A stretch of 63,007 nt of DNA from positions 1-63,007 of the IMG/VR virus record IMGVR_UViG_3300011438_000011, one strand, 5' to 3'. Source of the stretch: a virus (lineage: Duplodnaviria; Caudoviricetes). Below the pieces are notes generated by a model that was not told the DNA's origin, made no database searches, and worked only from the letters and a program-made list of their open reading frames with translations. Below are positions 8,014 through 18,683 of the stretch, piece after piece. The translations under genes and the position numbers were made by a program. The stretch's first letter is position 1. Each line of letters starts with the position of its first letter.

Positions 8014-10065
8014 ATGGCGACGGAGAGCTACAACGTTCTCGCCAAGCTCGAGCTTGGCGCCCAACAGGCCGTCAAGGGCCTGGACGGGATCGTCAAGAAG
8101 CTCGACGGTCTGAAGGGCGCCGTCGAGAAGATCAACGTCAACTTCGGGGGGCTCGTCTCCAAGGCGTTGGCGTTCGGTGCGGCGTACTTCGGGATCTCCG
8201 CGATGGTCCGCGGGGTCAAGTCGCTCGCGGGTGAGATCTTGAGCGCGAGCGCCGACACCGAGGCGCTCACCGCGTCGTTGGCCACGGTGTATTCCGCTGT
8301 CGAGAAGGTGTCCTTCACGCAGGCTACCAACGACGCGAAGGTCTTGTTCAAGGTGTTCGAGCGCGTCGCCATCCAGTCGACCGCGACGACGCAAGAGCTG
8401 ATGCAGGTCTTCCAGGGGATCTACGGCCCGTTGCGGAACGCCGGATTGACGATCCAGCAGATCGTCGACACCACCAACAACGCAGCGGTCGCCGCGGCGG
8501 CCCTCGGCGTCGACTTCGCCCAGGCCTCGCGCGACATCAGCGCGATGGCCCGTGGAACCGCCGGTCTCGACGTCAAGACGTTCTCGTTGCTCCAGTCGAT
8601 GGGCCTCATCAAGGAGACCACCGAGCAATGGAACCAGCTGGCACCCGACAAGCGCGCCAAGAAGCTCATGGACGTCATGGGCAAGATCGGCGGCCAGGCC
8701 GCGGAGGCGTACGGCCGCACGTGGAAGGGGCTCTCGTCGACGTTCGTCGACATCATGAGCGCGTTCAAGCGGGCCTTCGGAACGGCGGTGTTCGAGCGCC
8801 TGAAGAAGACCCTCGAGCAGATCAACGCCTACCTGCTCACCAACCGGGTTCGCATCGAGGGCTACCTGCGCGCACTCGGCGAGAAGGTCGGCGTGATCTT
8901 CGACCGCGTCATCACCAAGGCCGCGCACGCCTTCCAGTACGTCACGACGCACGCCGACTCGATCCGCGCGAAGATCGCCGAGCTCTACGCGCGGTTCGAG
9001 CGGCTCAAGCCGATCATCGCGGAGGGCGCCAAGATCGCGATGGCGATCTCGGTGGCCTCGTTCGCCCTGAACACGATAAGCCCGATGCTGAATCTCATGT
9101 TCGGGGTCTTCAAGGCGGCCCCGATGGTCGTGGGCGGGATGATGACCATGGCGTCATCGCTGGCCGGCGCGTTCACCTGGATCATCACCAAGGTCTCGAT
9201 GCTCGGCGTGATCTTCGAGGGGCTCGGCGCGGGTGGCGTGATGTCGGCCCTGGGGGGCAGCTTCTCGGCCTTGGCCGGGACGGTGTTCGCGGCGATCGCT
9301 CCGTTCGCGGCGGTCGCCCTGGTGATCGCGGCCCTGGTCCTCGGGTTCATGCGGTTCAAGGACACCTTGATGGACATGCTCCAGCCGCTGATCGCCTCGT
9401 TCAAGTCGATCGGCAGCCAGCTCTACAGCATCTTCAAGGACCTGTGGATCGCCCTGAAGCCCATGCTCGAGGTCATCGGCGGCGTGCTCCTCATGCAGCT
9501 CATCATGGGCTTCCGGGTGATGGCGTGGGTCGTGGATAACGTGCTCCTGCCGCCGCTGCGCCTCGCCGCGAAGATCATCCGGTGGGTGTTCGAGACGGTG
9601 CTCCAGCCGATCTTCGAGGCGCTGATCCCGGTCATGAACGCGGTCGTTACGGCGTTCACGTGGCTCGGCGAAGCCATCGACGCGCTCCTCGACCACATCC
9701 CATTCCTCGACCACGACTCCAAGGCCACGGCCGACAAGGCCGTGAAGGCCGCCGGTGATGACCCGTGGTCGCGCAACGGCCAGGGGCTGTTCGGCGAGAT
9801 GGGGGACAAGCTCAAGAGCGCCAGCGACATCGCCGGCAAGCTGACAGACATGCTTGTGGCGCGCGTCCAAAAGAACGCCGAAGACGCCGTGCTCCAGAGC
9901 CAGCGCCCGTCGGTGGTGAACGACTTCCGCGGCTCGAAGATCGAGGTCAAGCAAGAGTTCCGCGAGGCCGACCCCGATAACGTCTGGGTCCAGTTCCGCG
10001 AAGGGCTCGAACGCGAGGCCGTGTCGCGGACGCGGTCGGGGTTCGCAGATCCGCTCGCGCGGTGA
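8014..10065 (+). CDS. Tape measure protein
   Basis: 683 aa Ala-rich helical protein with hydrophobic segments, after the chaperones. Confidence 0.9.
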   Translation: MATESYNVLAKLELGAQQAVKGLDGIVKKLDGLKGAVEKINVNFGGLVSKALAFGAAYFGISAMVRGVKSLAGEILSASADTEALTASLATVYSAVEKVSFTQATNDAKVLFKVFERVAIQSTATTQELMQVFQGIYGPLRNAGLTIQQIVDTTNNAAVAAAALGVDFAQASRDISAMARGTAGLDVKTFSLLQSMGLIKETTEQWNQLAPDKRAKKLMDVMGKIGGQAAEAYGRTWKGLSSTFVDIMSAFKRAFGTAVFERLKKTLEQINAYLLTNRVRIEGYLRALGEKVGVIFDRVITKAAHAFQYVTTHADSIRAKIAELYARFERLKPIIAEGAKIAMAISVASFALNTISPMLNLMFGVFKAAPMVVGGMMTMASSLAGAFTWIITKVSMLGVIFEGLGAGGVMSALGGSFSALAGTVFAAIAPFAAVALVIAALVLGFMRFKDTLMDMLQPLIASFKSIGSQLYSIFKDLWIALKPMLEVIGGVLLMQLIMGFRVMAWVVDNVLLPPLRLAAKIIRWVFETVLQPIFEALIPVMNAVVTAFTWLGEAIDALLDHIPFLDHDSKATADKAVKAAGDDPWSRNGQGLFGEMGDKLKSASDIAGKLTDMLVARVQKNAEDAVLQSQRPSVVNDFRGSKIEVKQEFREADPDNVWVQFREGLEREAVSRTRSGFADPLAR

Positions 10066-10072
10066 GGTCACC

Positions 10073-11152
10073 ATGGCTGCCGAGGCATTCATCATCACGG
10101 AGCTCACGGGGCCCCAGCGCGAGGTCCGGCTGTTCAACCGCGCCCTGCCCTACCAGAAGCTCGCCTCTCCACGCACGCAACGCCACGTCAAGCGCGAGTA
10201 CGCCGGGTCGCGCGTCGCCACGATCCAGGTACTCGGTCCGACCGTCGGCGACTGGGAGCCGACCGGGACGTGGAAGACCCGGTATCTCGCTGCTGAGCAC
10301 AGCGTCGAGCTCGTCGGCTTCAGCGACATCGCCAACGATGGGGGCCGGATCACAGCTGAGGATCTGAGCGAGGTGTTCCAACGCCTCAACGACGCGGGGC
10401 AGACGGTGGAGGTCCGCTGGGGGCCGGAGGTCCGACGCGGGATCGTCTCCGGGTTCACCCCGACCTACGATCGCGTCGAAGACATCGAGTGGAAGGTCAC
10501 GTTCGTGTGGTCGCAGGACGGCGAGGAGCCGGCGCGGCGAGCGGCCGTCGCGCTCGACACCACCTCCGCGATGCGCCGCGTGCTCGACGATCTCGACCTG
10601 GTCTCGTCCGAGATGCCGCAGACGATCTTGCCGGACCAAGCCACCGGGCTCCTGGCCAAGATCGCCGAGGTCCGGGCGGCCGGCGCGGCGTTCACCGAAT
10701 CCTTGGCCGATCTCCAGACCAAGGCGACCGCGACGATCGCCGACATCCAAAACGTGCAGACCCTGGCCGAGCGGGTGGTCCAAGCCGCCGAGGTCTTCCG
10801 CACGGGGGAGATCAGCGACCTCCCGTACTACAACCTCCTCCCCGTCGATAACGTGGCCCAGGCTCTCGAGGCCGAGGTCTGGCGGCGAGACGCGAGCGCG
10901 CAAGCGCGCAAGGTCCAAGCCGAGGCGCGGCGATCCTCGAGCGCGGTCGCCGAGCGCGTCGTCCCCGGCGCGATCGCGGTGATCACCCTGACGGAGAACA
11001 CATCGCTCCGGTCGCTGGCGTCGCGGTTCTACGGGAACGCGGACTCGTGGCCGGTGATCGCCGACGCGAACGGCCTCGTAGGCTCGACCGCTCCCGCCGG
11101 AATCCGCATCGTGATCCCGCGGCAGTCCGGCCAGGGCGTGGTGTCGCGATGA
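10073..11152 (+). CDS. Tail tube initiator/baseplate protein with C-terminal LysM-like (GpX-like) domain
   Basis: SLRSLASRFYGNADSWPVIADANGL...IVIP LysM signature; follows TMP. Confidence 0.78.
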   Translation: MAAEAFIITELTGPQREVRLFNRALPYQKLASPRTQRHVKREYAGSRVATIQVLGPTVGDWEPTGTWKTRYLAAEHSVELVGFSDIANDGGRITAEDLSEVFQRLNDAGQTVEVRWGPEVRRGIVSGFTPTYDRVEDIEWKVTFVWSQDGEEPARRAAVALDTTSAMRRVLDDLDLVSSEMPQTILPDQATGLLAKIAEVRAAGAAFTESLADLQTKATATIADIQNVQTLAERVVQAAEVFRTGEISDLPYYNLLPVDNVAQALEAEVWRRDASAQARKVQAEARRSSSAVAERVVPGAIAVITLTENTSLRSLASRFYGNADSWPVIADANGLVGSTAPAGIRIVIPRQSGQGVVSR

Positions 11153-13368
11153 GCGTATTCCACCCGAGCGCCCGCGTCCGGCTCGTGATCCGAACCGAGG
11201 AGTACGCGAACACCGCCGCCCTTGAGCAGCGGCTTCCGCCACAAGGCGCCAGCGGGGCCCGGGATGCGCCGGCCGCGTCGCGGCCACCGCCCCAGCCACC
11301 GCGGCCAGCGTCGAGCCAGGAGGTCGCCCAGCTCCTCACGCGCAACGAGCAGCAGCTCCGGGCCCTGGCGCACCAGCGCCCCCACCTCTCGGCCGAGGAC
11401 TTCGCCACCAAGCGCCAGGCACTCCTACGCGAGCGCGAGCAGATCCGATCGAGCGCCCTCGTCCGGGTCAAGCTCAAGACCGGCGGGATCCGCCCCGACG
11501 CGATCGCCGGGGCGGCCGACGACCTCACGGTGATCGGGTCGATCATCCCAACCAACGCCTCGATCGAGCGCGCCGGCCTCAACGCGCCCAACACGTTCTC
11601 GATCACCATGAACTACACCGATGCGCCGTTCGACCCACGCTCGATCCGGTCGTGTGGCGTCGAGCTCCTGGTAGGGGTGATCCCGCCGGAGCAAGCGTAC
11701 CAGGGCCTCGAGCTCGGGCAGGTCCGCGGTGACGGCTCCTTGGTCTCGACGATCGGCGACCAGGCCGACGGTTCCATCTACGGCGCGACGCGGATTGTCG
11801 GGTTTGTCGACGAGTGGACCGTGAAGTACAGCGGAGACGGCGACGTCATCACCCTCGAAGGCCGGGACATGTCCGCCCCCTTTCGCGATCTTAAGCTCAA
11901 CCCCGGCGACAGCATCGACCTGTCACTCCCACTCGACGAAGGGATCCAGGAGCTCCTGGACACGGTGAGCCCGACGACGTCCGGGGTCGTGGTCCGCTAC
12001 GCGGGCGACGGCAGGCCGCCGGTCCCGTCCGGCGCAGCTCCGCACCGTCGCCGGCCGCGTCGCGGCAAGGTGGCCAGGCGCGGCCGGCGCGGCGACGAGG
12101 AGATGACGCTCTGGGACCACATCACCGACGTCTGCGCCGCGGTCGGCATGATCCCGCTCGTCAAGGACTTCGAGGTCGTGGTGTCCGAAGCCAGGACGCT
12201 GTACTCCACCAACTCGGCCCTCCGCATGGTGTACGGCAAGAACCTCGACTCCCTCGAGTTCTCGCGGCGGCTCGCCGGGGTGAAGGTCCCGACCATCGAA
12301 GTTCGGTGCTACGACCCGTCGATCGGACGCACACGGTGGGCAAGGTACCCGGTCCGCCGCGGCGAGCGGACGTCGGGGATCCTCGGCATCACCAACCCGC
12401 CCGCGCCTCTGCGCGCCAACGAGATCACGCCGTCGGGCGCCCACCCCACCGAATCCATCCGAACCAAGACCGTCTCGGGCGTGACCGATACCAAGGTGCT
12501 TGAGCGCATCGCGCGCAACGCGTTCGAGCAGATCGGGCGCCAGGAGATCGAGGGCCAGTTCTCGACGTACGAAGTGTCCACGTTCGGACACGATCCGTTC
12601 GAGGTCGACTTGCTCGACGCGCGCCCGGCCGACCCGGTTGAGGTCTTGATCGTCGCGGCGACAAGCGAGGATGGCCCGATCTCGACCTTGTCCGAGCTCC
12701 AGGCGTTCACGCGCGCCCGGCGCAAGCAGTACTTGACGTCCCTCGGATGGGATGAGCAGGTCGCGGCGCGGTTCTCGGCGCTCCAAGACGCCAACGGTTT
12801 CCAGTCGGTGTTTCGGATCCAAGACCTCCGCATCGACTTCGACAACGCCGAAGGAATCAAGATCGGGTGCGGGTTCATCAACTACATCACGGTGCGCGAG
12901 GACGGCCCCGCGCCAACGCCGGCCACAGATCCGACGGCTCTCCGGCCTCCGACCGATGCGCGCACTGCCTTGCAGACCCCGTTGTTCACCGAGGAGGGCC
13001 CTGCATTCTATAGCGCCGCGTTCGCCCACAACCGCCTGTTCTCGGTTCCGTCGGAGACCCAGTGGAACACCACCCTGACCGTGCTCGACGAGGCCATGTT
13101 CAAGGGCTGGGTGGCCGCGAACAAGATCCCGTTCGACGTCAAGGCCAAGGTCAACGACTACGACATGCGGCGGTTCTGGCTCGAGGTCATCAAGCCCGGT
13201 GGCGTGTTCGAGGGCGGCCACTTCCCGGACACGTACAAGACCCCGTTCGACACCACGTTCTCGGCCGAGTCGGTCTACGCGACCCCCGACTGCCCGTTCA
13301 ACTGGCAGGGCGACAAACTCGTTGACGAGCGCGATGGCCAGGTCGTGTTCTTCAACCCGGAGAACTGA
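11149..13368 (+). CDS. Baseplate hub protein (GpD-like) with C-terminal appended domain
   Basis: GFVDEWTVKY...ITLEGRDMS hub motif; between LysM and spike genes. Confidence 0.7.
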   Translation: MSVFHPSARVRLVIRTEEYANTAALEQRLPPQGASGARDAPAASRPPPQPPRPASSQEVAQLLTRNEQQLRALAHQRPHLSAEDFATKRQALLREREQIRSSALVRVKLKTGGIRPDAIAGAADDLTVIGSIIPTNASIERAGLNAPNTFSITMNYTDAPFDPRSIRSCGVELLVGVIPPEQAYQGLELGQVRGDGSLVSTIGDQADGSIYGATRIVGFVDEWTVKYSGDGDVITLEGRDMSAPFRDLKLNPGDSIDLSLPLDEGIQELLDTVSPTTSGVVVRYAGDGRPPVPSGAAPHRRRPRRGKVARRGRRGDEEMTLWDHITDVCAAVGMIPLVKDFEVVVSEARTLYSTNSALRMVYGKNLDSLEFSRRLAGVKVPTIEVRCYDPSIGRTRWARYPVRRGERTSGILGITNPPAPLRANEITPSGAHPTESIRTKTVSGVTDTKVLERIARNAFEQIGRQEIEGQFSTYEVSTFGHDPFEVDLLDARPADPVEVLIVAATSEDGPISTLSELQAFTRARRKQYLTSLGWDEQVAARFSALQDANGFQSVFRIQDLRIDFDNAEGIKIGCGFINYITVREDGPAPTPATDPTALRPPTDARTALQTPLFTEEGPAFYSAAFAHNRLFSVPSETQWNTTLTVLDEAMFKGWVAANKIPFDVKAKVNDYDMRRFWLEVIKPGGVFEGGHFPDTYKTPFDTTFSAESVYATPDCPFNWQGDKLVDERDGQVVFFNPEN

Positions 13369-14099
13369 TGAAGGACGGCAAGCCACGGACACGGTACCGC
13401 ACGCGATCGCGGGTCGACATGTCACGCGTCGCGGCCGGGCTCAAGATGCCAGGCATCGACACCCGCACCTGGGTGGCACTCGCGCGCGTCGACGAAGACC
13501 CGGACGCCACGGTGTGGGATCCCGAGCTCGGCTGGCTCGTCGACGTAACCATCGTGGGTGGTCCCCTCGATGGCGACGGTCCGATCTTGTGCCGGGTCGC
13601 CAGCCACGGCGCAGCGAACGGCAAGGGCCAGTACAACCCGCCGAGCCAAGGGTGCCTCGTGTTCGTCGGGATCCCCGGGGGTGACACCAATGACGACTGC
13701 GTCATCCTGGGCCAACTCAACGACAGCGATTGCAAGGCCCCCAGCGAGGTCAACGGCACGGCCATCAACGAGGAATTCGCGGCGCACACGCACATCTTCG
13801 CGTTCCCCGATGACGATCTCGACGCCGAGTACGCCGCGGTCCGGCTGACCGGCCAGATGGTTCTCGGCGCCAAGGACGCCGATCAGCCGTACACGCGCGG
13901 CGACGACCTCGCCGACGCCCTCGGCGACCTCGCCGACGCCCTCGGGTTGTTCGCGGCGAACGCGGTGATTCCGCCGGGCCCGGGTGGCGTGATGGTGGTC
14001 TCCAGCTTCACGGCCGCGACAACCGCGTTGCAAACCTCCATCAACAAGTTCAAGCTGGCTCGCCAGAAATACCTGTCCACGACCATCAAAGGGGTCTGA
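13368..14099 (+). CDS. Baseplate central spike (GpV/gp45-like)
   Basis: OB-fold-like YNPPSQGCLVFVGIPGGDTND; follows hub gene. Confidence 0.7.
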   Translation: MKDGKPRTRYRTRSRVDMSRVAAGLKMPGIDTRTWVALARVDEDPDATVWDPELGWLVDVTIVGGPLDGDGPILCRVASHGAANGKGQYNPPSQGCLVFVGIPGGDTNDDCVILGQLNDSDCKAPSEVNGTAINEEFAAHTHIFAFPDDDLDAEYAAVRLTGQMVLGAKDADQPYTRGDDLADALGDLADALGLFAANAVIPPGPGGVMVVSSFTAATTALQTSINKFKLARQKYLSTTIKGV

Positions 14100-14102
14100 G
14101 AG

Positions 14103-16301
14103 ATGAACGTCTACCCGTTCGACTACCGGAGCGACGGGGTGTTCACCCGGTCGACTGCTGCCTGGTACACCCGCGACGATGGGATCGTGGTCGAAGCCGG
14201 GCCCAATATCAGGCGTGTGCTCCTGCGTGGCGCATCCGCTCAGCAGTGGATATGGATGGAAGGGGCCCGGCAAAACTTCATCCCGGCGCCTCTCCACATC
14301 CCTGCCAACCAGGAGGTGGTAGCGGAGGTCCCGACCGGGGAGACGGACACGATCGGCGGGATGGATCCGGGGGGCGATTCGATCGGTGAGATCTTCTCGA
14401 CCGGCTCGATCGCCGTCCGGGTCACGTGGTCCGTGTACGCGAAGATCTACAACGTCCTCAGCCTGACCACCGCGCTAGGGACCATCAGCATCGTCAACGG
14501 CAACCCGGCGACCGGCGACGACTTCACGATCGACACCGTCCTGTGGACGCGCGCCAGCCGAAAGGCGATCTCGCTCAGCCCGGCTGGCGACAAGACTGCG
14601 TTCTTTCAGAGCGATGATCCGCCGATGCTGGTGTGGGGCGCCTGCGTGGAAGCAGGAGTCGGCCTCGCGTCAGACGCCCGGTTCCCGTCGCAACCGATCC
14701 TCGTGACGGGCGTACGGGCGGCCGAGTCGTTCGTTGCCGGCCAGCTCACGGCCGACCTCCTCGCGGCGTTCGGCGGTCCTCGGTCAATCCGGTTCTCGTT
14801 CACGCCGGACTTCGCTTCCACAGACGTCGTGGTGCCGAACGAGTTCGTGCTGGCCGCGTTCGACACCGGGACGCCGGCCGAGCTGCTCGTGATCAAGCTG
14901 CAAGCCACCGGACCGGGGGCCGTCCAGCTCCTGGCAGGCAGGCCGGCCGGGCCGTCGATCACGATCCCGCTCACGTTCATCGCGGGGCAGCGCCTGGATA
15001 TCGGGTGGTTCATCCAAGCCGGGGTCTTGACGGCTGGGGTGTTCGCTGGGTTCGGTGCGCCAACCACGTTGCTGCCGTGCTCGGTGTCGGTCGGGTGCCT
15101 CGGTGCGAGCTCGCCCGCGTTCGGGCTGGTCGGCCCCTTCGGGTTCGACTTCCTCGACTTCGGGATCAAGAGCATCGACCAGCTGACCTTGAACTCGGTG
15201 AAGGTCACGTTCGCGCTGTTCGATCCGGACGAAACGCCCGCGGACGTCGTCCAGTTCAACCCGAAGGGCCGCACCGACGCGCTCAATCCTGCCAACTACA
15301 CCGTGGGGGGATCTCCGGGACTCCCGGCGATCCAGTACGTCCAACCCGGGACAACCGCCTCTGAGGTCGTCTTGTTCTTCGACGGCACCTTGCCGCCTGG
15401 CTCCTTGGTGACGATCCACGTCGAGAACATCGTGCTCAGCGGGGTCGTCCCGACGCCGATCTACAACGGCGCGCGGGCTGGGGCCGACGCGTTCCGCGTG
15501 ACGGGGCCGGGGGCCGGTGGGTTGGATTTCGTGGCCGAGGTGCTGCGTCCGGGCTCGGCGGGTGAAGCGGCGACCTTGGAGCTCATCGTGTGGGGACCGT
15601 TCGGCGATCCGCCCCCCAAGCCCGGAACCGACGGGGTGATCATCGTCAACGACAACCCGGCCTCGCCAGCGATCCAGTACTACTTCGTGGAAGGGGAGAC
15701 GACCCTGGAGATGGAGACGACGATCACGGCGGTCGCCGGTCACTTGATCCGGTTCGTGCTCCCAAGCACGCTGCGGATCTTGCGCGCCACCGACGAGAAC
15801 GTCTTCCAGTTCGACGCGAGCCTCGGCGAGGAAGCCATCACGCTCTCGCTGATCGCGTTCGGTGCCGAGGTCAACGCGGTCACCCAGGCGCAACCGACGT
15901 TCCCCCGCGTCGACCTGGCGAACCCCCAGACCGAGCGCGACACCGCACCAGGCGAAGCGCTCGGGACGTTCGCGGTGACCGACTCCGGCGACCTCGCCAA
16001 CGACCACGGACGCGGCTACCTGCGCAAGCGCATCTTCCGCCGGCTGGCGACGATGAAGTCTGCGTTCTTCCACCTCCCGGGCTACGGCCTCCAGCCACCT
16101 ACCAAGCACCTCTTCACCCCCACGACGCTCCGGCGCCTCAAGCTCGACGTCGAGCTCCAGGTCAAACAAGAGCCGGGGGTGGTCGCCGCGCGCGCGTCGG
16201 TGACGGAGCTGCGGCCCGGGGTGGTCAACCTCAAGCTCCGCGTCCAAGACGACAACGGTTCCTTTGAGCTCGAAGGAGCGTTAGACTTCACCGCGGAGTG
16301 A
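14103..16301 (+). CDS. Large virion protein: fibre-like N-terminus, C-terminal gp25/GpW-like wedge domain
   Basis: N-terminal FTRSTAAWY...EGARQN; C-terminal GDLA...LRKRIFRRL...HLPGYG...QEPGV; precedes baseplate J. Confidence 0.65.
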   Translation: MNVYPFDYRSDGVFTRSTAAWYTRDDGIVVEAGPNIRRVLLRGASAQQWIWMEGARQNFIPAPLHIPANQEVVAEVPTGETDTIGGMDPGGDSIGEIFSTGSIAVRVTWSVYAKIYNVLSLTTALGTISIVNGNPATGDDFTIDTVLWTRASRKAISLSPAGDKTAFFQSDDPPMLVWGACVEAGVGLASDARFPSQPILVTGVRAAESFVAGQLTADLLAAFGGPRSIRFSFTPDFASTDVVVPNEFVLAAFDTGTPAELLVIKLQATGPGAVQLLAGRPAGPSITIPLTFIAGQRLDIGWFIQAGVLTAGVFAGFGAPTTLLPCSVSVGCLGASSPAFGLVGPFGFDFLDFGIKSIDQLTLNSVKVTFALFDPDETPADVVQFNPKGRTDALNPANYTVGGSPGLPAIQYVQPGTTASEVVLFFDGTLPPGSLVTIHVENIVLSGVVPTPIYNGARAGADAFRVTGPGAGGLDFVAEVLRPGSAGEAATLELIVWGPFGDPPPKPGTDGVIIVNDNPASPAIQYYFVEGETTLEMETTITAVAGHLIRFVLPSTLRILRATDENVFQFDASLGEEAITLSLIAFGAEVNAVTQAQPTFPRVDLANPQTERDTAPGEALGTFAVTDSGDLANDHGRGYLRKRIFRRLATMKSAFFHLPGYGLQPPTKHLFTPTTLRRLKLDVELQVKQEPGVVAARASVTELRPGVVNLKLRVQDDNGSFELEGALDFTAE

Positions 16302-16307
16302 CCATCC

Positions 16308-17438
16308 ATGCCTGATCTTCCGTCGCGCACCGACCTCTTCAACGTCTACGCCGACGAGCTCTTGACGCGCGCTCGCGCGCGGTCCACGGGGCAGCAGATC
16401 ACGGCCAGCGAGATCTTCACGCCTGGTTCCGACATCAACCTGATCGGGGCCGGTGGGTCGGCGATGGCCGAGGAAGTGATGCGCCAGCTCGGTCGCTCGA
16501 CGAAGGACTTGACGCTCGACGGAGCGCAGGGAGACGCGCTCGATCGGTGGGTGTTCGACCGCTATGGGGAGAAGGTCCCGCGGAAGAAAGCCGCCGCGTC
16601 TCGGGTGACCATCACCCTCGCCCGGCCCTCGGGGCTGTTCGGTGGGTTCACGTACGGCTCGGGGTCGCGGATCACCACGCCGGGGGGCGTCCAGTTCGAC
16701 ACGCAGGCCGATGCGGTGTTCTCGGGTGGCTCGGTCGGCCCGGTGACCGTCTTGGCCAAGGCCGCGAACGCCGGAACGGCCGGCAACGTCGGCGCGAACA
16801 CGATCACGCGGTTCGTCACGCAGCCCCTCGACAACACCCTGACGATCACGAACGCCGAACCCGCTGCCGGTGGCGACACCACCGAGACCGACACGGCCTA
16901 CCGAGCGCGCGCGCGGGCGTACCTACTGTCCCTCGCGAAAGGGACGCTTCCCGCGATCGAGTTCGGCGCCAAGACCGTGCCGGGGATCCGGCAAGCCACG
17001 GCGATCGAGGAGCTCAACAACCTCGGGGTGCTGACCGGCCGGGTCTTCCTGTATGTCGCCGACGCGAACGGGCAAGCCAACAACGCGCTCGTCGCCGAGG
17101 TGTCGACGGCATTGCGCGAGTACCGGGGTGGCGGGATCCCCACGATCGTGGTCGGTGGGGCTCCGGTGTTCCAGACCATCACGTACCACCTCGCGTTCGA
17201 GACCGGGGTCGACACGATCATCGCGTTCGATCAGGTCCGCCAGACCACGGTGGCGCGGGTGAACCAGCTGGCTCCGCAAGAGCCCCTTCGGCGCTCGATG
17301 CTGTTCGAGATCGCGCGCTCGGTGGATGGCGTCGTGGTTCCAGACGATGGCGTCACGGTACCGGCCGGCGACATCATCCCGCTCCCTGGGAGCGGCCAAG
17401 TCCTTCGGACCGCCTCGGACCTGGTGACCAACTCATGA
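16308..17438 (+). CDS. Baseplate J-like wedge protein
   Basis: AQGDALDRW, AGTAGNVGANTI, GGDTTETDTAYRAR motifs. Confidence 0.9.
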   Translation: MPDLPSRTDLFNVYADELLTRARARSTGQQITASEIFTPGSDINLIGAGGSAMAEEVMRQLGRSTKDLTLDGAQGDALDRWVFDRYGEKVPRKKAAASRVTITLARPSGLFGGFTYGSGSRITTPGGVQFDTQADAVFSGGSVGPVTVLAKAANAGTAGNVGANTITRFVTQPLDNTLTITNAEPAAGGDTTETDTAYRARARAYLLSLAKGTLPAIEFGAKTVPGIRQATAIEELNNLGVLTGRVFLYVADANGQANNALVAEVSTALREYRGGGIPTIVVGGAPVFQTITYHLAFETGVDTIIAFDQVRQTTVARVNQLAPQEPLRRSMLFEIARSVDGVVVPDDGVTVPAGDIIPLPGSGQVLRTASDLVTNS

Positions 17439-18670
17439 GCGCCGGCCTCACCAAGGACGACTTGCTCGCGGTCTGGCGCCGAGACATGGATCCCGGCTAC
17501 ACCGAGCCGCTCGAGAACGAGAACGACGGACGCGGGCTCGACCCGATCGCCGCGCTCGCCGCGGTCCTGGCGCGGGCCTCCGAGGCCGTCCTCACGAGCA
17601 CGCAAGCCCTCTACCTGAAGCCCCACAGCTCTCAGCTCGCCCCCCCGGCCTCGGGGGCGAAGGTCGCGACCGGCCAGGTGGCGATCTACCGCGGGATCGT
17701 CGTCGGTGGCCCGTTGCCGCTCGACGACGGCGATCAGATCGTCGCGCAGTTCTTCGGGGTCAACGGCGAGGACGAAGACGCCCCGGTGTTCGAGGTGGTC
17801 GGTGACATCACCATCCCCTCGGGGACCGAAGGCCCCACCATGGTCAACGTCCGGTGTGCGCGGCCCGGGTTCCAGGGCAACGTACCGCCGGGGACCGAGG
17901 GTAAGTTCGCCGACAAGCGCGGTGGGACGTTCGCCGTCGAGAGCTTCGACAGCGCCGACGACTTGCTCACCGTCGACATCACGAACGGCGATCAGCTCCT
18001 GCCGACGATGAACGGGATGCTGTGGCGGTTCACCAGCGGCCCCAACCGGGGCGCCTACGCGCGGCGGCTGTTCGTGAGCTCGCCGACGGAGGCCCACGTC
18101 GATCACACGGCCGACGCCCTCGTATCGCAGGGCGCTGGCACCGGCGAGGTGGTCGACTTCCAGACGGCCCTCGACACGCGGATCGTGTTCGTCGACGGCA
18201 CCACCGGCGGCCGGAGCGGTGAGCTCGACATGCTCGCGCACGAGCGCACCGAGATCGGGCGAGCCGTCGGTGAAGACGACGAGGACTTCCGCGGCCGGGT
18301 GGCCGTGCTGCCCGAGGCGATCACGCCGAACGCGCTGATCCGGGCGATCCAGGTTGTGCTCGAGCCCCTCGGGATCCCGTTCCAGTTCATCGAGGTCTTC
18401 GAGCAGGACGTCGGGTTCTTCTTCGACGACGGCAGCCATACGGTGGACTCCGCGTACTCGGATCCGTTCGCGTACCGTGAGCGCACGTTCTATGTGGCCG
18501 GCCTCGGCGCGGGGCCCGGCGCGATCGGGTTCATCGTCGTGATCAACGGGCTGCTCCTGCCACCCGAGCCGGGCCTGACGGCCGTCCTCTCCGCGTTGAC
18601 CACCACGATCATCGGCTCGAAGGGCGCCGGCACCCCGTGGGCCGTCGCGATCGAGCCGCCCGTGCCATGA
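17435..18670 (+). CDS. Second baseplate wedge protein (GpI-like/J-related)
   Basis: ELDMLAHER...RAVGEDDEDFRGRV motif; follows J. Confidence 0.65.
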   Translation: MSAGLTKDDLLAVWRRDMDPGYTEPLENENDGRGLDPIAALAAVLARASEAVLTSTQALYLKPHSSQLAPPASGAKVATGQVAIYRGIVVGGPLPLDDGDQIVAQFFGVNGEDEDAPVFEVVGDITIPSGTEGPTMVNVRCARPGFQGNVPPGTEGKFADKRGGTFAVESFDSADDLLTVDITNGDQLLPTMNGMLWRFTSGPNRGAYARRLFVSSPTEAHVDHTADALVSQGAGTGEVVDFQTALDTRIVFVDGTTGGRSGELDMLAHERTEIGRAVGEDDEDFRGRVAVLPEAITPNALIRAIQVVLEPLGIPFQFIEVFEQDVGFFFDDGSHTVDSAYSDPFAYRERTFYVAGLGAGPGAIGFIVVINGLLLPPEPGLTAVLSALTTTIIGSKGAGTPWAVAIEPPVP

Positions 18671-18683
18671 AAGACCCCCGACC

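Noticed and set aside
13904-13945. 21-nt tandem duplication
   Set aside because: Encodes a heptad repeat (DLADALG) in the spike coiled coil
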